The notes beneath the pieces were generated by a model. That model did not search any database and was not told the DNA's origin. It was given only the letters and a program-made list of their open reading frames with translations. A DNA stretch of 64,000 bases from an uncultured Chloroflexota bacterium. Its GTDB lineage: Bacteria; Chloroflexota; Dehalococcoidia; Lucifugimonadales; UBA1127. This document shows, piece after piece, positions 9,675 to 18,760 of this stretch. Numbering within the stretch: the stretch's first letter is position 1; every line of letters begins with the position of its first letter. The position numbers and the translations under genes are program-made. The stretch is taken from the NCBI GenBank assembly GCA_913045315.1, contig CAJWQJ010000003.1, forward strand, positions 31,732 through 95,731, written 5' to 3'.

Positions 9675-10802
9675 ATGACCAATCAGGGACAATATAATTC
9701 ACAAGATTTTAATCCTTCTGGTGGCACGCCGGTAATTAAAGCAATCGGTGTTGGTGGTGGTGGTTCAAATGCAGTAAATCGAATGTTTAAAACTCCTTTG
9801 GAGGGAGTCGAATATATTTCGGTAAATACTGATGTGCAGGCTTTGTATCGTGCTTCGACACCAAAAAAAATCCAGATTGGAGAGCGGTTAACACGAGGAC
9901 TTGGGGTTGGAGGTGATCCTGAGACCGGCAGAATGGCTTCAGAAGAAAGCCGTGAAAATCTTGGAGAATTAGTCAAAGGAGCGGATTTAGTATTCGTTGC
10001 TGCAGGTATGGGTGGTGGAACTGGAACTGGCTCTGCCCCATTAATTGCGGAATTAGCAAAAGAATCCGGGGCTCTTACTGTAGGTGTTGTAACAAAACCA
10101 TTTGATTTTGAGGGTTCTAAACGTAGAGGTCAAGCAGATGAAGGAATTCATAAACTGCGAGAGAAAGTTGATTCTCTAATTGTTATTCCCAATGATCGAT
10201 TAGCAACATTCAGTGATGAGAAGATTACTATGGCAAATGCATTTGCACTTGCAGATGATGTTTTAATTCAAGCAGTTCAAGCTATTGCTGAACTAGTTAC
10301 AACCGCAGGTGATATTAACCTTGATTTTGCTGACGTGAAGAGTGTTATGTCGCAAGCTGGACCATCTTGGCTTGGTATAGGTCACGGACATGGAGAAAAA
10401 CGAGCAATTATGGCTGCGAAAGACGCGATAGCATGTCCTTTGTTAGAAGTTTCTATTGAAGGCTCCAAGGGAGTTTTATTTAACATTACTGGTGGAGATA
10501 ATCTCACTTTAGATGAGGTTCGTGCTGCTTCAGATACAATTAGCCAAGTAGTTGATCCGGATGCAAATATCTTTTTTGGAATGGTTACAGATCCTACCAT
10601 GGAGGATCAAGTAAGGATAACTATTATTGCTACAGGTTTTCCTTCAAGTGAATCATACAATGAGCTACGTGATCAAGAATTAGCCACACTTGTTTCTGGT
10701 TCTGTTTTTGGGAATCAGGAGCCTGATATTGACTTACCTCCATTTCTACGTAATTCCTCTATGGCCCGTCGAAGACTTACTAGCCGTCTCAACGGGTTCT
10801 AG
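9675..10802 (+). CDS. ftsZ: Cell division protein FtsZ
   Basis: GVGGGGSNAVNRM, tubulin signature GMGGGTGTG, NLDFADV, C-terminal DLPPFLR; AAGGAGG RBS. Confidence 0.99.
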   Translation: MTNQGQYNSQDFNPSGGTPVIKAIGVGGGGSNAVNRMFKTPLEGVEYISVNTDVQALYRASTPKKIQIGERLTRGLGVGGDPETGRMASEESRENLGELVKGADLVFVAAGMGGGTGTGSAPLIAELAKESGALTVGVVTKPFDFEGSKRRGQADEGIHKLREKVDSLIVIPNDRLATFSDEKITMANAFALADDVLIQAVQAIAELVTTAGDINLDFADVKSVMSQAGPSWLGIGHGHGEKRAIMAAKDAIACPLLEVSIEGSKGVLFNITGGDNLTLDEVRAASDTISQVVDPDANIFFGMVTDPTMEDQVRITIIATGFPSSESYNELRDQELATLVSGSVFGNQEPDIDLPPFLRNSSMARRRLTSRLNGF

Positions 10803-10813
10803 CCTCACTTAAC

Positions 10814-10873
10814 ACCTGTTCTGCGCAGAACAGGTCTTCTGGGCCGCCTTGGCACCCCTCCCAAGGTGGCCCA
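10814..10873 (+). other. Tandem GC-rich hairpins just downstream of ftsZ
   Basis: Perfect 22-bp palindrome ACCTGTTCTGCGCAGAACAGGT (10814-10835), then a 13-bp stem (10840-10852/10861-10873) with loop CACCCCTC. Confidence 0.7.
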
Positions 10874-10992
10874 AAACATATCCTTTCAATTTTTTCTATG
10901 CACATTGCTTTCTTGCATCTATAATTAAAACGTTGATTATAAGTGGTTTGTTCCCATGACTTTTTATAGATGATACCGAATCATATGATGAG

Positions 10993-12261
10993 ATGAGTTA
11001 TAAAATGAATTCCTTCGCTCCTAATGATCCAATATCTTCTTTTGAAGCAGTAAGTTGGTTTTTTGAAGAAGCTGCTAATTATTTACAACTAAGTGATGGT
11101 ATTAAAGATTTATTGCGAAATCCGTGGAGGGTGATTCATACGCAAGTTCCTGTAAGAATGAATGATGGGAAGATTAATGTTTTTCAAGGTTATCGTGTTC
11201 AACACAACGGTGCTAGAGGTCCCTATAAGGGAGGAATTCGTTTCCATCCCGATGCTACAAGAGATGATGTAACAGCTTTATCCTGTCTTATGACATGGAA
11301 AAATGCCTTAGCTGATGTTCCATTTGGTGGTGCTAAAGGGGGTGTTCAATGTGATCCTAGCAAAATGGATTTAGTTGAATTGAATTCTCTAACGCGCCGT
11401 TTTACCCAAAATATAGAACATATATTGGGACCGAATAGAGATATACCTGCTCCAGATATGGGTACTAATTCTCAAGTTATGGCCTGGATGATGGATGCAT
11501 ATGGGCAAATTAATGGACATACTCCATCAATCGTCACAGGAAAACCTATCGAATTAGGTGGTTCATATGGTCGTGAAGCTGCACCTGGTAAAGGAGCCGT
11601 TATAGCACTTTCCGTTTGGGCCAAATTGGTTAATTACGAATTAAAAGATCGAAAAGTAGCTATTCAGGGTTTTGGTCAAGTTGGTAAAGCAGCTGCTGAG
11701 AACTTAATTAAATTGGGATGCATAATTGTGGCTATCAGCGATGTTAATGGAGGTATTTATAATAGTACTGGCTTGAATATTGATAGATTAAATGAATATT
11801 TCCAAGAAAATCAAACTGTTGTAGGTTTTGAGAGCAGTGATGCTGTGAGTAATAGGGAACTTATCGAATTGCCTTGTGATATATTGGTTCCTGCTGCAAT
11901 TAGTGAAGTAATTAATAGTCGCAACGCTAATTCGATAAAAGCAAATGTAATTCTTGAAGGTGCAAATTATCCCGTAACACCTGCTGCTGATAAAATTTTA
12001 AATGAATCTGGAGTTGCTATATTGCCTGATATCTTAGTGAATGCAGGCGGAGTCATAGTTTCATATTTTGAATGGGTTCAAAATACACAACAATTTCGTT
12101 GGACTGAAGAACACGTTAATCGTGAATTAGAAAGATATATAAACGATTCAGTTAAGACAGCATACGCTTTATCTGGATCTGTTCAAACACTTAGGCATGC
12201 ATCATATATAGTTGCTGTTGAAAGAGTTGCAAGAGCTGTGGAATTAAGAGGCTTTGTTTAA
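10993..12261 (+). CDS. gdhA: Glu/Leu/Phe/Val dehydrogenase, likely glutamate dehydrogenase
   Basis: GYRVQHN, GPYKGGIRFHP, MTWKNA, GGAKGG, DIPAPD, QGFGQVG, NAGGVIVSYFEWVQN. Confidence 0.9.
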   Translation: MSYKMNSFAPNDPISSFEAVSWFFEEAANYLQLSDGIKDLLRNPWRVIHTQVPVRMNDGKINVFQGYRVQHNGARGPYKGGIRFHPDATRDDVTALSCLMTWKNALADVPFGGAKGGVQCDPSKMDLVELNSLTRRFTQNIEHILGPNRDIPAPDMGTNSQVMAWMMDAYGQINGHTPSIVTGKPIELGGSYGREAAPGKGAVIALSVWAKLVNYELKDRKVAIQGFGQVGKAAAENLIKLGCIIVAISDVNGGIYNSTGLNIDRLNEYFQENQTVVGFESSDAVSNRELIELPCDILVPAAISEVINSRNANSIKANVILEGANYPVTPAADKILNESGVAILPDILVNAGGVIVSYFEWVQNTQQFRWTEEHVNRELERYINDSVKTAYALSGSVQTLRHASYIVAVERVARAVELRGFV

Positions 12262-12264
12262 TTA

Positions 12265-13254
12265 TTAAGGTTGAACAAGCATCCTAAGTGTTCCCTCATT
12301 TTCCTTGCGTTGATTGAGAATTTTATGTCCAGAATTCTCAGCCCATACAATGACATCATAAATGTTAAGAATTCCTGGGATTACAACTTCAATTAAGCTG
12401 CTGTTATCCTGTTTTATTTGTTCAGATAGAGCTGCAATAATTCCAGCACAGTTTTTACCTGTCCCATCTATAACTATCCATCCTGAGGTATTTGATGAAA
12501 CAAGGTTATTTACTTCTAGTGGATTTTGTAAAACATCTATCTCACCGAATTTTCTTAATTCTACCTGATGTTTAAATTCTGCAACTGATTCCCAATATAC
12601 TCCATTATCTCGATCACCTCTTGAACAGACAGCACCTCTCACACCAACTATATCAGGATTAACTCGTGCTAATTCATCTAAATCTGACATCTTTAGATGT
12701 CCTGATAAAGCTGTGCTCATTCCATCGGATTTTCCTTCCATTACCATGTCTTTAAGTTCGGATTCTGGAATGAAGTCAAATAAATTTCTACCATCCTTGG
12801 TTAAAGTGTCTATTAACCAACCATCACAATTACCATCACGTGCTAGTTTTGGCATTAAATGAGGATCTAATCCCCCTTTGTATAAAACGTTATCAGCAAA
12901 AAGCGAACCTATTAACTTTGTTTCTGTTCCTTCCAATGCTTCTTTTGATGCTTGTAGTATTTCAACAGATTTTTCATATTCTGCTTGCATAAATCCTACT
13001 TTTACAGAAGTTGCATTCATTTTTCCAGCAGCCCAAACTGCCATAGCTACAGTCCCTTCCTGATTTGGAACTACGCCTAGAGTTAGAGATGCATGTATTT
13101 CAGAAGGAACTGCATCTCTAACGCTTTTAAAAATAGTAGGTTTTGCAGATCCAACTAAAGCTTCTTGTAAATTTTTTACATCTATTATATCTGCATGGCC
13201 TTGCATTGCTTGCTTAGCTTCATGAAGATTTTGGACACTTACCATTAACATCAT
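12265..13254 (-). CDS. MfnB/DUF556-like (5-formylfuran-3-yl)methyl phosphate synthase with a C-terminal TusA/SirA-like domain
   Basis: LMVSV..EA, ADIIDVKN (Schiff-base Lys), SVKVG, LIDTLTKDG..LFDF, LSGHL, PDIVGVRGAVC; extra 71-aa tail IDGTGKNCAGII...DVIVWAENSGH. Confidence 0.8.
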   Translation of the reverse strand: MMLMVSVQNLHEAKQAMQGHADIIDVKNLQEALVGSAKPTIFKSVRDAVPSEIHASLTLGVVPNQEGTVAMAVWAAGKMNATSVKVGFMQAEYEKSVEILQASKEALEGTETKLIGSLFADNVLYKGGLDPHLMPKLARDGNCDGWLIDTLTKDGRNLFDFIPESELKDMVMEGKSDGMSTALSGHLKMSDLDELARVNPDIVGVRGAVCSRGDRDNGVYWESVAEFKHQVELRKFGEIDVLQNPLEVNNLVSSNTSGWIVIDGTGKNCAGIIAALSEQIKQDNSSLIEVVIPGILNIYDVIVWAENSGHKILNQRKENEGTLRMLVQP

Positions 13255-13256
13255 AA

Positions 13257-14246
13257 TTATGCACCTGCTATTTGTTTGATAGGATGGCCTATTGCCAACA
13301 AGTCGTTTTCTAATTCTAATTTTTCTGTATGATCAAAAGGCGTCAGTGGTGGTCGAGGATCTCCTGCAGCCATACCCATTAATTCTGACCAGTATTTACA
13401 TAAAGTTACTGGAAGCACACCACCAAATTTCTGTACAGTTCTAGGCCACCATTTATCTGAAACTTCTTTAACGGCTTTTACGTGTGTATCATAGAACTTT
13501 TTATCTATTAATCCTTCTGATGCTTTGTTAATAAATTGTACATAATAATTGTTTTCCTTGGTATCAAAACGCCAATCAGAGGTATTTGCGAACATAACTT
13601 GTTGGTGGAAACCCAGCTCCTCTTGTTTGAAATAAATCCACTCATCAGGAGTGCTTATTACTTTTTCTTTTCCTATAAGCATGTGAGTGTCGAGAGATAT
13701 TTGTTGATTAAAACTTGCTTCTTTTACTCCAACTACATTAGAAGGTTTACATACTTCTTTGAGTCCTTCAGGACTCATAACAATTCCAAATTGTGGAGAA
13801 TTATAAAACATAATTGCCAGATTAGTATTATTTGCTAGAAGTTCCGTATACTCTACTACTTGTTTCTCAGTCTTTGTAGCGAAATAAGGTGCAGCAAGTA
13901 TTAGTAAATCAATACCAATCTCCTCAGCATATTTGGCTAAGTTTAGCATATCTTTATAAGAAGTATGTGTAACATGAGCTGCGGTAAGCCAGTTGCCACG
14001 AGCTTCATCACTTAGAATTTCCATCACATTAAAACGTTCTTCAAGCTCAAGGCTCCAGAATTCGCCCATACCCCATGTGCATCCTCCACCTTTTGTTCCC
14101 AATGAGCGAATGTGTTTAATATTTTGACGAAGGCCTTGTTCATCTAGTTCATTGTCTTTTCCAAAGGGAGTCATTAATGTGGTCCATTGACCTTTAAGAT
14201 TTTTCCATGCCCATTCCTGTGCATCTTGTTTGTCGTAATTGGCCAT
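13257..14246 (-). CDS. Dihydrodipicolinate synthase/N-acetylneuraminate lyase-family class I aldolase (probably not DapA)
   Basis: MTPF, GEFWSLELEER, APYF, FYNSP, VVGVKEAS, PRPPL; canonical GTTGE replaced by WGMGE. Confidence 0.85.
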   Translation of the reverse strand: MANYDKQDAQEWAWKNLKGQWTTLMTPFGKDNELDEQGLRQNIKHIRSLGTKGGGCTWGMGEFWSLELEERFNVMEILSDEARGNWLTAAHVTHTSYKDMLNLAKYAEEIGIDLLILAAPYFATKTEKQVVEYTELLANNTNLAIMFYNSPQFGIVMSPEGLKEVCKPSNVVGVKEASFNQQISLDTHMLIGKEKVISTPDEWIYFKQEELGFHQQVMFANTSDWRFDTKENNYYVQFINKASEGLIDKKFYDTHVKAVKEVSDKWWPRTVQKFGGVLPVTLCKYWSELMGMAAGDPRPPLTPFDHTEKLELENDLLAIGHPIKQIAGA

Positions 14247-14281
14247 TTTCCCCCCTTGAATTTATTTAAGTTTCTAGATTG

Positions 14282-14311
14282 AGTGTAGTCAGGTTTAAAC
14301 CGGAGTGTCAA
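14282..14311 (-). promoter_or_regulatory. Putative promoter of the aldolase-mfnB-like unit
   Basis: Minus strand TTGACA, 18 nt, TACACT; palindrome GGTTTAAACC (14292-14301) in the spacer. Confidence 0.6.
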
Positions 14312-14326
14312 GCTAAAATGTAATGA

Positions 14327-17300
14327 TTAATTCATTAAATAATTTATTTGTGGTCTTATTGTGTATCCCTGATCATCAATTTTTGCGCGCATAATGGATA
14401 CTGCAGTTCTGGCAGTATCCATTGATGTAAAGCAAGGAATCCTTTGTTCAACAGCTGCTCTTCGAATATAAAACCCGTCACGCATAGGTTGTTCCCCACC
14501 AGATAATGTGTTTATTACGCAATCTACATTCGCATTGAGAATTAAGTCCAGAACATTTGGATTCCCTTGGTCTAGTTTCGATACTTCCTTTATATCATCA
14601 TAGCCCAAGCTTCTTATGAAATTTGCTGTTCCCTCAGTAGCATAAATTATGTAATTCGAAGCAATTAAATCGTTGATTAAATTTTCAGAATCTTTTTTAT
14701 CTCTATCAGCTATACTTAGAAGTATTGATCCGTTTTGTTTAAGCATTAATCCAGAAGCTATAAGTGCTTTTGCAAGTGCATTTTCGTAAGTTTTGTCAAT
14801 TCCCATCACCTCACCAGTAGATTTCATCTCTGGTCCAAGATGGGTATCAACTCCAGAAAGTTTGGCCATAGAAAAAACTGGTGCTTTTATTGCTACAAGG
14901 GGTTTACTTGAAAGTAAACCTGAAGTATATCCCATTGAGCGTAATTTTTTGCCAATCATTATTCCACTTGCTAATTTTACCATTGGGGTATCAGTTACTT
15001 TTGATATAAATGGTATAGTTCTGCTAGCTCTTGGATTGACTTCAATTATATAAACTTTTGGGGTATTTTCATTCCTCATAATTATGTATTGAATGTTCAT
15101 TAATCCTTTAATTTCCAGTCCTAATCCTATCTTTATTGTATAAGAGGTTATTTCATCTATTATTTGTTGGGAAATTGTTTGAGTGGGATACACTGCCATT
15201 GAGTCACCACTATGAACTCCAGTTCTTTCTATATGTTCCATAATTCCAGGAATTACTACTGTTTCCCCATCACAAACTGCATCAACTTCACATTCGATAC
15301 CTTCAAAATATTTATCAATTAGAATAGGTCTATCAGGACTTGCTATCAGTCCCTGCTCTATGTATTTTTCTAACTCAAATATGTTATAAACTATTTCCAT
15401 AGCTCTACCACCCAGAACGTAGCTAGGTCTTACTAAAACGGGATACCCAATATTTTCCGCTACAGTTATTGCTTCTTTTAGATTGGTAACAGTAGCACCT
15501 GGAGGTTGAGGTAACCCATTTCTTGATGCAAATTCCTCAAATTTTTTTCTATCAGATGCAATATCAATAACTTGAGCAGTAGATCCTAAAATTGGAAGTT
15601 CAACATTATTGAGTTTTTGTGAGAGGTTTATTGAAGTTTGTCCACCAAACTGAACTACTGATTCAGGTAAAAAATTTGAGGTAGAGTTAGTTTCATTATC
15701 TATAATATCCCTTAAGCTTTCTTCGTCTAATGGTTCAAAATATAATCGATCACTAGAATCAAAGTCTGTAGAAACGGTTTCAGGATTCGAATTAACAATA
15801 ATGCTTTGACGGCCTTGCTCTCGAAGAGAGGAAGCAGCGTGTACAGAGCAGTAGTCAAATTCTATTCCTTGTCCTATACGAATAGGGCCACTTCCTATTA
15901 CTATTGCTTTTGGTTCAGGTAATGGGAGGGCCTCGTTTTCTTCTTCATAGGTGCTGTAATAATAGGAAGTTATTGACTCAAATTCACCCGCACATGTATC
16001 TACCATTTTATATACAGGAGTAATTCCCATAGATTTACGTAGATTCCGTACATGCTCAGCAAGACCTTCTGCAATTCCTAAATTTGCAAGCTGAACGTCT
16101 GAATAGCCCATTCTCTTTGCATATAGTAAGAATTTGGAGTCAATAGACGTTTCAGGGTTTTCCATAACATATTTTTCGATATCAGTAATGTTTTTTATAG
16201 ATTGAATAAACCAAAAGTCAATAAATGTCTTTTTACTGATTTCCTCCACACTTGCACCTCGTCTTAATGCAGCTGCTAATGCCCATATTCTTTGATCTGT
16301 GGGAGGAAATAATGGAAGTTCCTGCCATGAATCAATAGATTTCCAATCAGGGTCTTCCCATAATAGACTTGTTTCAGTTTGTTCTAGCGATCTAATAGCT
16401 TTTTGTAACGCGGATTCGAAACTTCGATCAATAGCCATTACTTCACCTGTGGCTTTCATTTGAGTGTTAATTTGTCTATTCCCAGAAGGGAATTTATCAA
16501 AAGGCCATCTTGGAATTTTGACTACGCAATAATCTAATGCAGGTTCAAATGCAGCTACAGTTTGTCCTGTAACGGAATTTTGAATTTCATTTAATTTTTT
16601 GCCAATTGCAATTTTTGCTGCAACTCTAGCAATTGGATATCCTGTGGCTTTTGACGCAAGAGCAGAAGAACGACTCACTCTAGGATTCACTTCGATAACA
16701 TAATAGTCAATTTCTTTAGTAGGCCTTGAGTTTTTAGCAAGTTCAGCTGCAATTTCTTGGTGTGGAGCTAAAGCTAACTGAACATTACAACCACCTTCTA
16801 TCCCTAATGCACGAATTATTTTTATGCTTGCTGTTCGCAAAGTTTGATATTCTTTATCTGATAAGGTTTGGGATGGAGCTACTACGATACTGTCACCAGT
16901 ATGGACACCCATTGGATCAAGATTTTCCATGTTACAAATAGTTATACAAGTGTCATTCCCATCGCGCATAACCTCATATTCAACTTCTTTCCAGCCAATT
17001 AGTGATTTTTCCAATAATACTTGATTGATAGGACTAGCATTAAGGCCAGATTGAATCACGCTTTCTAATTCATTTTCATTATTTATTATTCCTCCACCTG
17101 TTCCCCCTAGTGTGTAGGCAGGTCTTGCAATTAAAGGATAGCCTATGGAATCTGCAACTTCGATTGCATTTTTTACTGAATCCACAGTTACATTTGGAGG
17201 TTCAGGCTCATTAATTTCATGTAATAATTGCCGAAAAAGTTCCCTATCTTCGGCTTTTTGTATTGCCTCAATCTGTGTTCCGAGTAGTTGAACATTGTAT

Positions 17301-17623
17301 TTTTCGAGGATACCTGATTCAGAAAGTTCAACAGCTAAATTTAAGCCTGTTTGTCCACCTAGAGTTGCTAATAAACCATCTGGACGTTCGATGTCGATTA
17401 TTTTTTCCAAAAATGCTTTTGTTAATGGCTCTATATAAACAACATCGGCTGTTTCTTGATCTGTCATTATAGTAGCAGGATTTGAATTAACTAAAATTGT
17501 TTTAATTCCCTCTTCCCTTAGGGATTTACATGCCTGAGTTCCTGCATAATCAAATTCGGCAGCTTGACCTATAACAATTGGACCTGAACCGATTACTAGA
17601 ACTTTTGAAGGGAGTGTAGACAT
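14327..17623 (-). CDS. carB: Carbamoyl-phosphate synthase large subunit
   Basis: GSGPIVIGQAAEFDYAG, NSNPATIMTD, duplicated ATP-grasp (GSGPIRIGQGIEFDY), MGS domain. Confidence 0.99.
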   Translation of the reverse strand: MSTLPSKVLVIGSGPIVIGQAAEFDYAGTQACKSLREEGIKTILVNSNPATIMTDQETADVVYIEPLTKAFLEKIIDIERPDGLLATLGGQTGLNLAVELSESGILEKYNVQLLGTQIEAIQKAEDRELFRQLLHEINEPEPPNVTVDSVKNAIEVADSIGYPLIARPAYTLGGTGGGIINNENELESVIQSGLNASPINQVLLEKSLIGWKEVEYEVMRDGNDTCITICNMENLDPMGVHTGDSIVVAPSQTLSDKEYQTLRTASIKIIRALGIEGGCNVQLALAPHQEIAAELAKNSRPTKEIDYYVIEVNPRVSRSSALASKATGYPIARVAAKIAIGKKLNEIQNSVTGQTVAAFEPALDYCVVKIPRWPFDKFPSGNRQINTQMKATGEVMAIDRSFESALQKAIRSLEQTETSLLWEDPDWKSIDSWQELPLFPPTDQRIWALAAALRRGASVEEISKKTFIDFWFIQSIKNITDIEKYVMENPETSIDSKFLLYAKRMGYSDVQLANLGIAEGLAEHVRNLRKSMGITPVYKMVDTCAGEFESITSYYYSTYEEENEALPLPEPKAIVIGSGPIRIGQGIEFDYCSVHAASSLREQGRQSIIVNSNPETVSTDFDSSDRLYFEPLDEESLRDIIDNETNSTSNFLPESVVQFGGQTSINLSQKLNNVELPILGSTAQVIDIASDRKKFEEFASRNGLPQPPGATVTNLKEAITVAENIGYPVLVRPSYVLGGRAMEIVYNIFELEKYIEQGLIASPDRPILIDKYFEGIECEVDAVCDGETVVIPGIMEHIERTGVHSGDSMAVYPTQTISQQIIDEITSYTIKIGLGLEIKGLMNIQYIIMRNENTPKVYIIEVNPRASRTIPFISKVTDTPMVKLASGIMIGKKLRSMGYTSGLLSSKPLVAIKAPVFSMAKLSGVDTHLGPEMKSTGEVMGIDKTYENALAKALIASGLMLKQNGSILLSIADRDKKDSENLINDLIASNYIIYATEGTANFIRSLGYDDIKEVSKLDQGNPNVLDLILNANVDCVINTLSGGEQPMRDGFYIRRAAVEQRIPCFTSMDTARTAVSIMRAKIDDQGYTIRPQINYLMN

Positions 17624-18748
17624 TTATACTGTTCCTTTTTTTATAAGATTAAGAAAATTTTCAAATATATCTTTATTGTCAGTTGGACCAGGGGAAGCTT
17701 CACTATGAAATTGCAGAGTCATTATAGGAAGATCATTGTGAACTAAACCTTCAACTGTATCGTCGTTGAGATTTATATAGCTTGGAGTTAATTCATTTGG
17801 AAGGGAATTTTTGTCAACTGCATATCCGTGATTTTGTGAGGTTACGGAAACTTTTCCAGTTTTTGTATTTATTACCGGATGATTTGCTCCACGGTGTCCA
17901 AATTTTAATTTATAAGTGTTTGCCCCAAATGCCCTTGCAATGATTTGATGCCCTAAACATATTCCAAAGATAGGTAATTTAGTAGATAACGTTTTAACCA
18001 TTTCAATGGTGTTATTTAACAATTTTGGATCTCCTGGACCGGGCGATAATAAAAGCCCATCAGTTTTTAATTCGAGAATATCTTGAGCAGTACTGGTATG
18101 TGGGAGTGTAATTATGTCGCAACCTAGGGATTTAAGAATTCTTTGAATGTTAAATTTTACTCCGTAATCGAGAATAGCAATTTTAGTAGGAGAATTGTTA
18201 GGGTAGTGCGAGTCTGAAATGGAGGAATAGGTTGTTTTTGTGCTAACTTTCTCAACTAGGTTAAGGTTTTCATAATGTGTAGCTATTTTTAGATTTTCAA
18301 TAATTTTTTCAGTTTGATTTTCAAAAGCTATTGCACCCATCATAACACCAGAAGATCGCAATTTTTTTGCTAAGGAACGGGTATCAATCCCATGAATTCC
18401 TGGGACGCCTTCTTTTTTTAAGTAATTATCAAGTGTCATTGCACTAGAAGAATGGCTTGGGTAGTCACATAAATTTCGGATTATTAATCCAGATGCTTGA
18501 ATTTTTTCTGATTCAATATTGGTGTCACTTATTCCATAATTTCCTACGATAGGGTAGGTAATAGTAATAATTTGCCCAGCAAAAGAAGGATCTGTAAGCA
18601 TTTCTTGGTAACCTGTCATTCCTGTTGTAAAAACAACTTCTCCGTAACCATTTTCTAGGCTTCCAAACCCTTCTCCTTGGTATACGGTTCCATCTTGTAA
18701 AATTAAGTTTGCAATTGGGGCATCTGATAAAATTTTCAAATAGTACAC
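17624..18748 (-). CDS. carA: Carbamoyl-phosphate synthase small subunit
   Basis: GEVVFTTGMTGYQE, SPGPGDP, GICLGHQ, SQNHGYAV, QFHSEASPGP; exact start uncertain. Confidence 0.98.
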   Translation of the reverse strand: MYYLKILSDAPIANLILQDGTVYQGEGFGSLENGYGEVVFTTGMTGYQEMLTDPSFAGQIITITYPIVGNYGISDTNIESEKIQASGLIIRNLCDYPSHSSSAMTLDNYLKKEGVPGIHGIDTRSLAKKLRSSGVMMGAIAFENQTEKIIENLKIATHYENLNLVEKVSTKTTYSSISDSHYPNNSPTKIAILDYGVKFNIQRILKSLGCDIITLPHTSTAQDILELKTDGLLLSPGPGDPKLLNNTIEMVKTLSTKLPIFGICLGHQIIARAFGANTYKLKFGHRGANHPVINTKTGKVSVTSQNHGYAVDKNSLPNELTPSYINLNDDTVEGLVHNDLPIMTLQFHSEASPGPTDNKDIFENFLNLIKKGTV

Positions 18749-18760
18749 CTTTAAAAGTAT

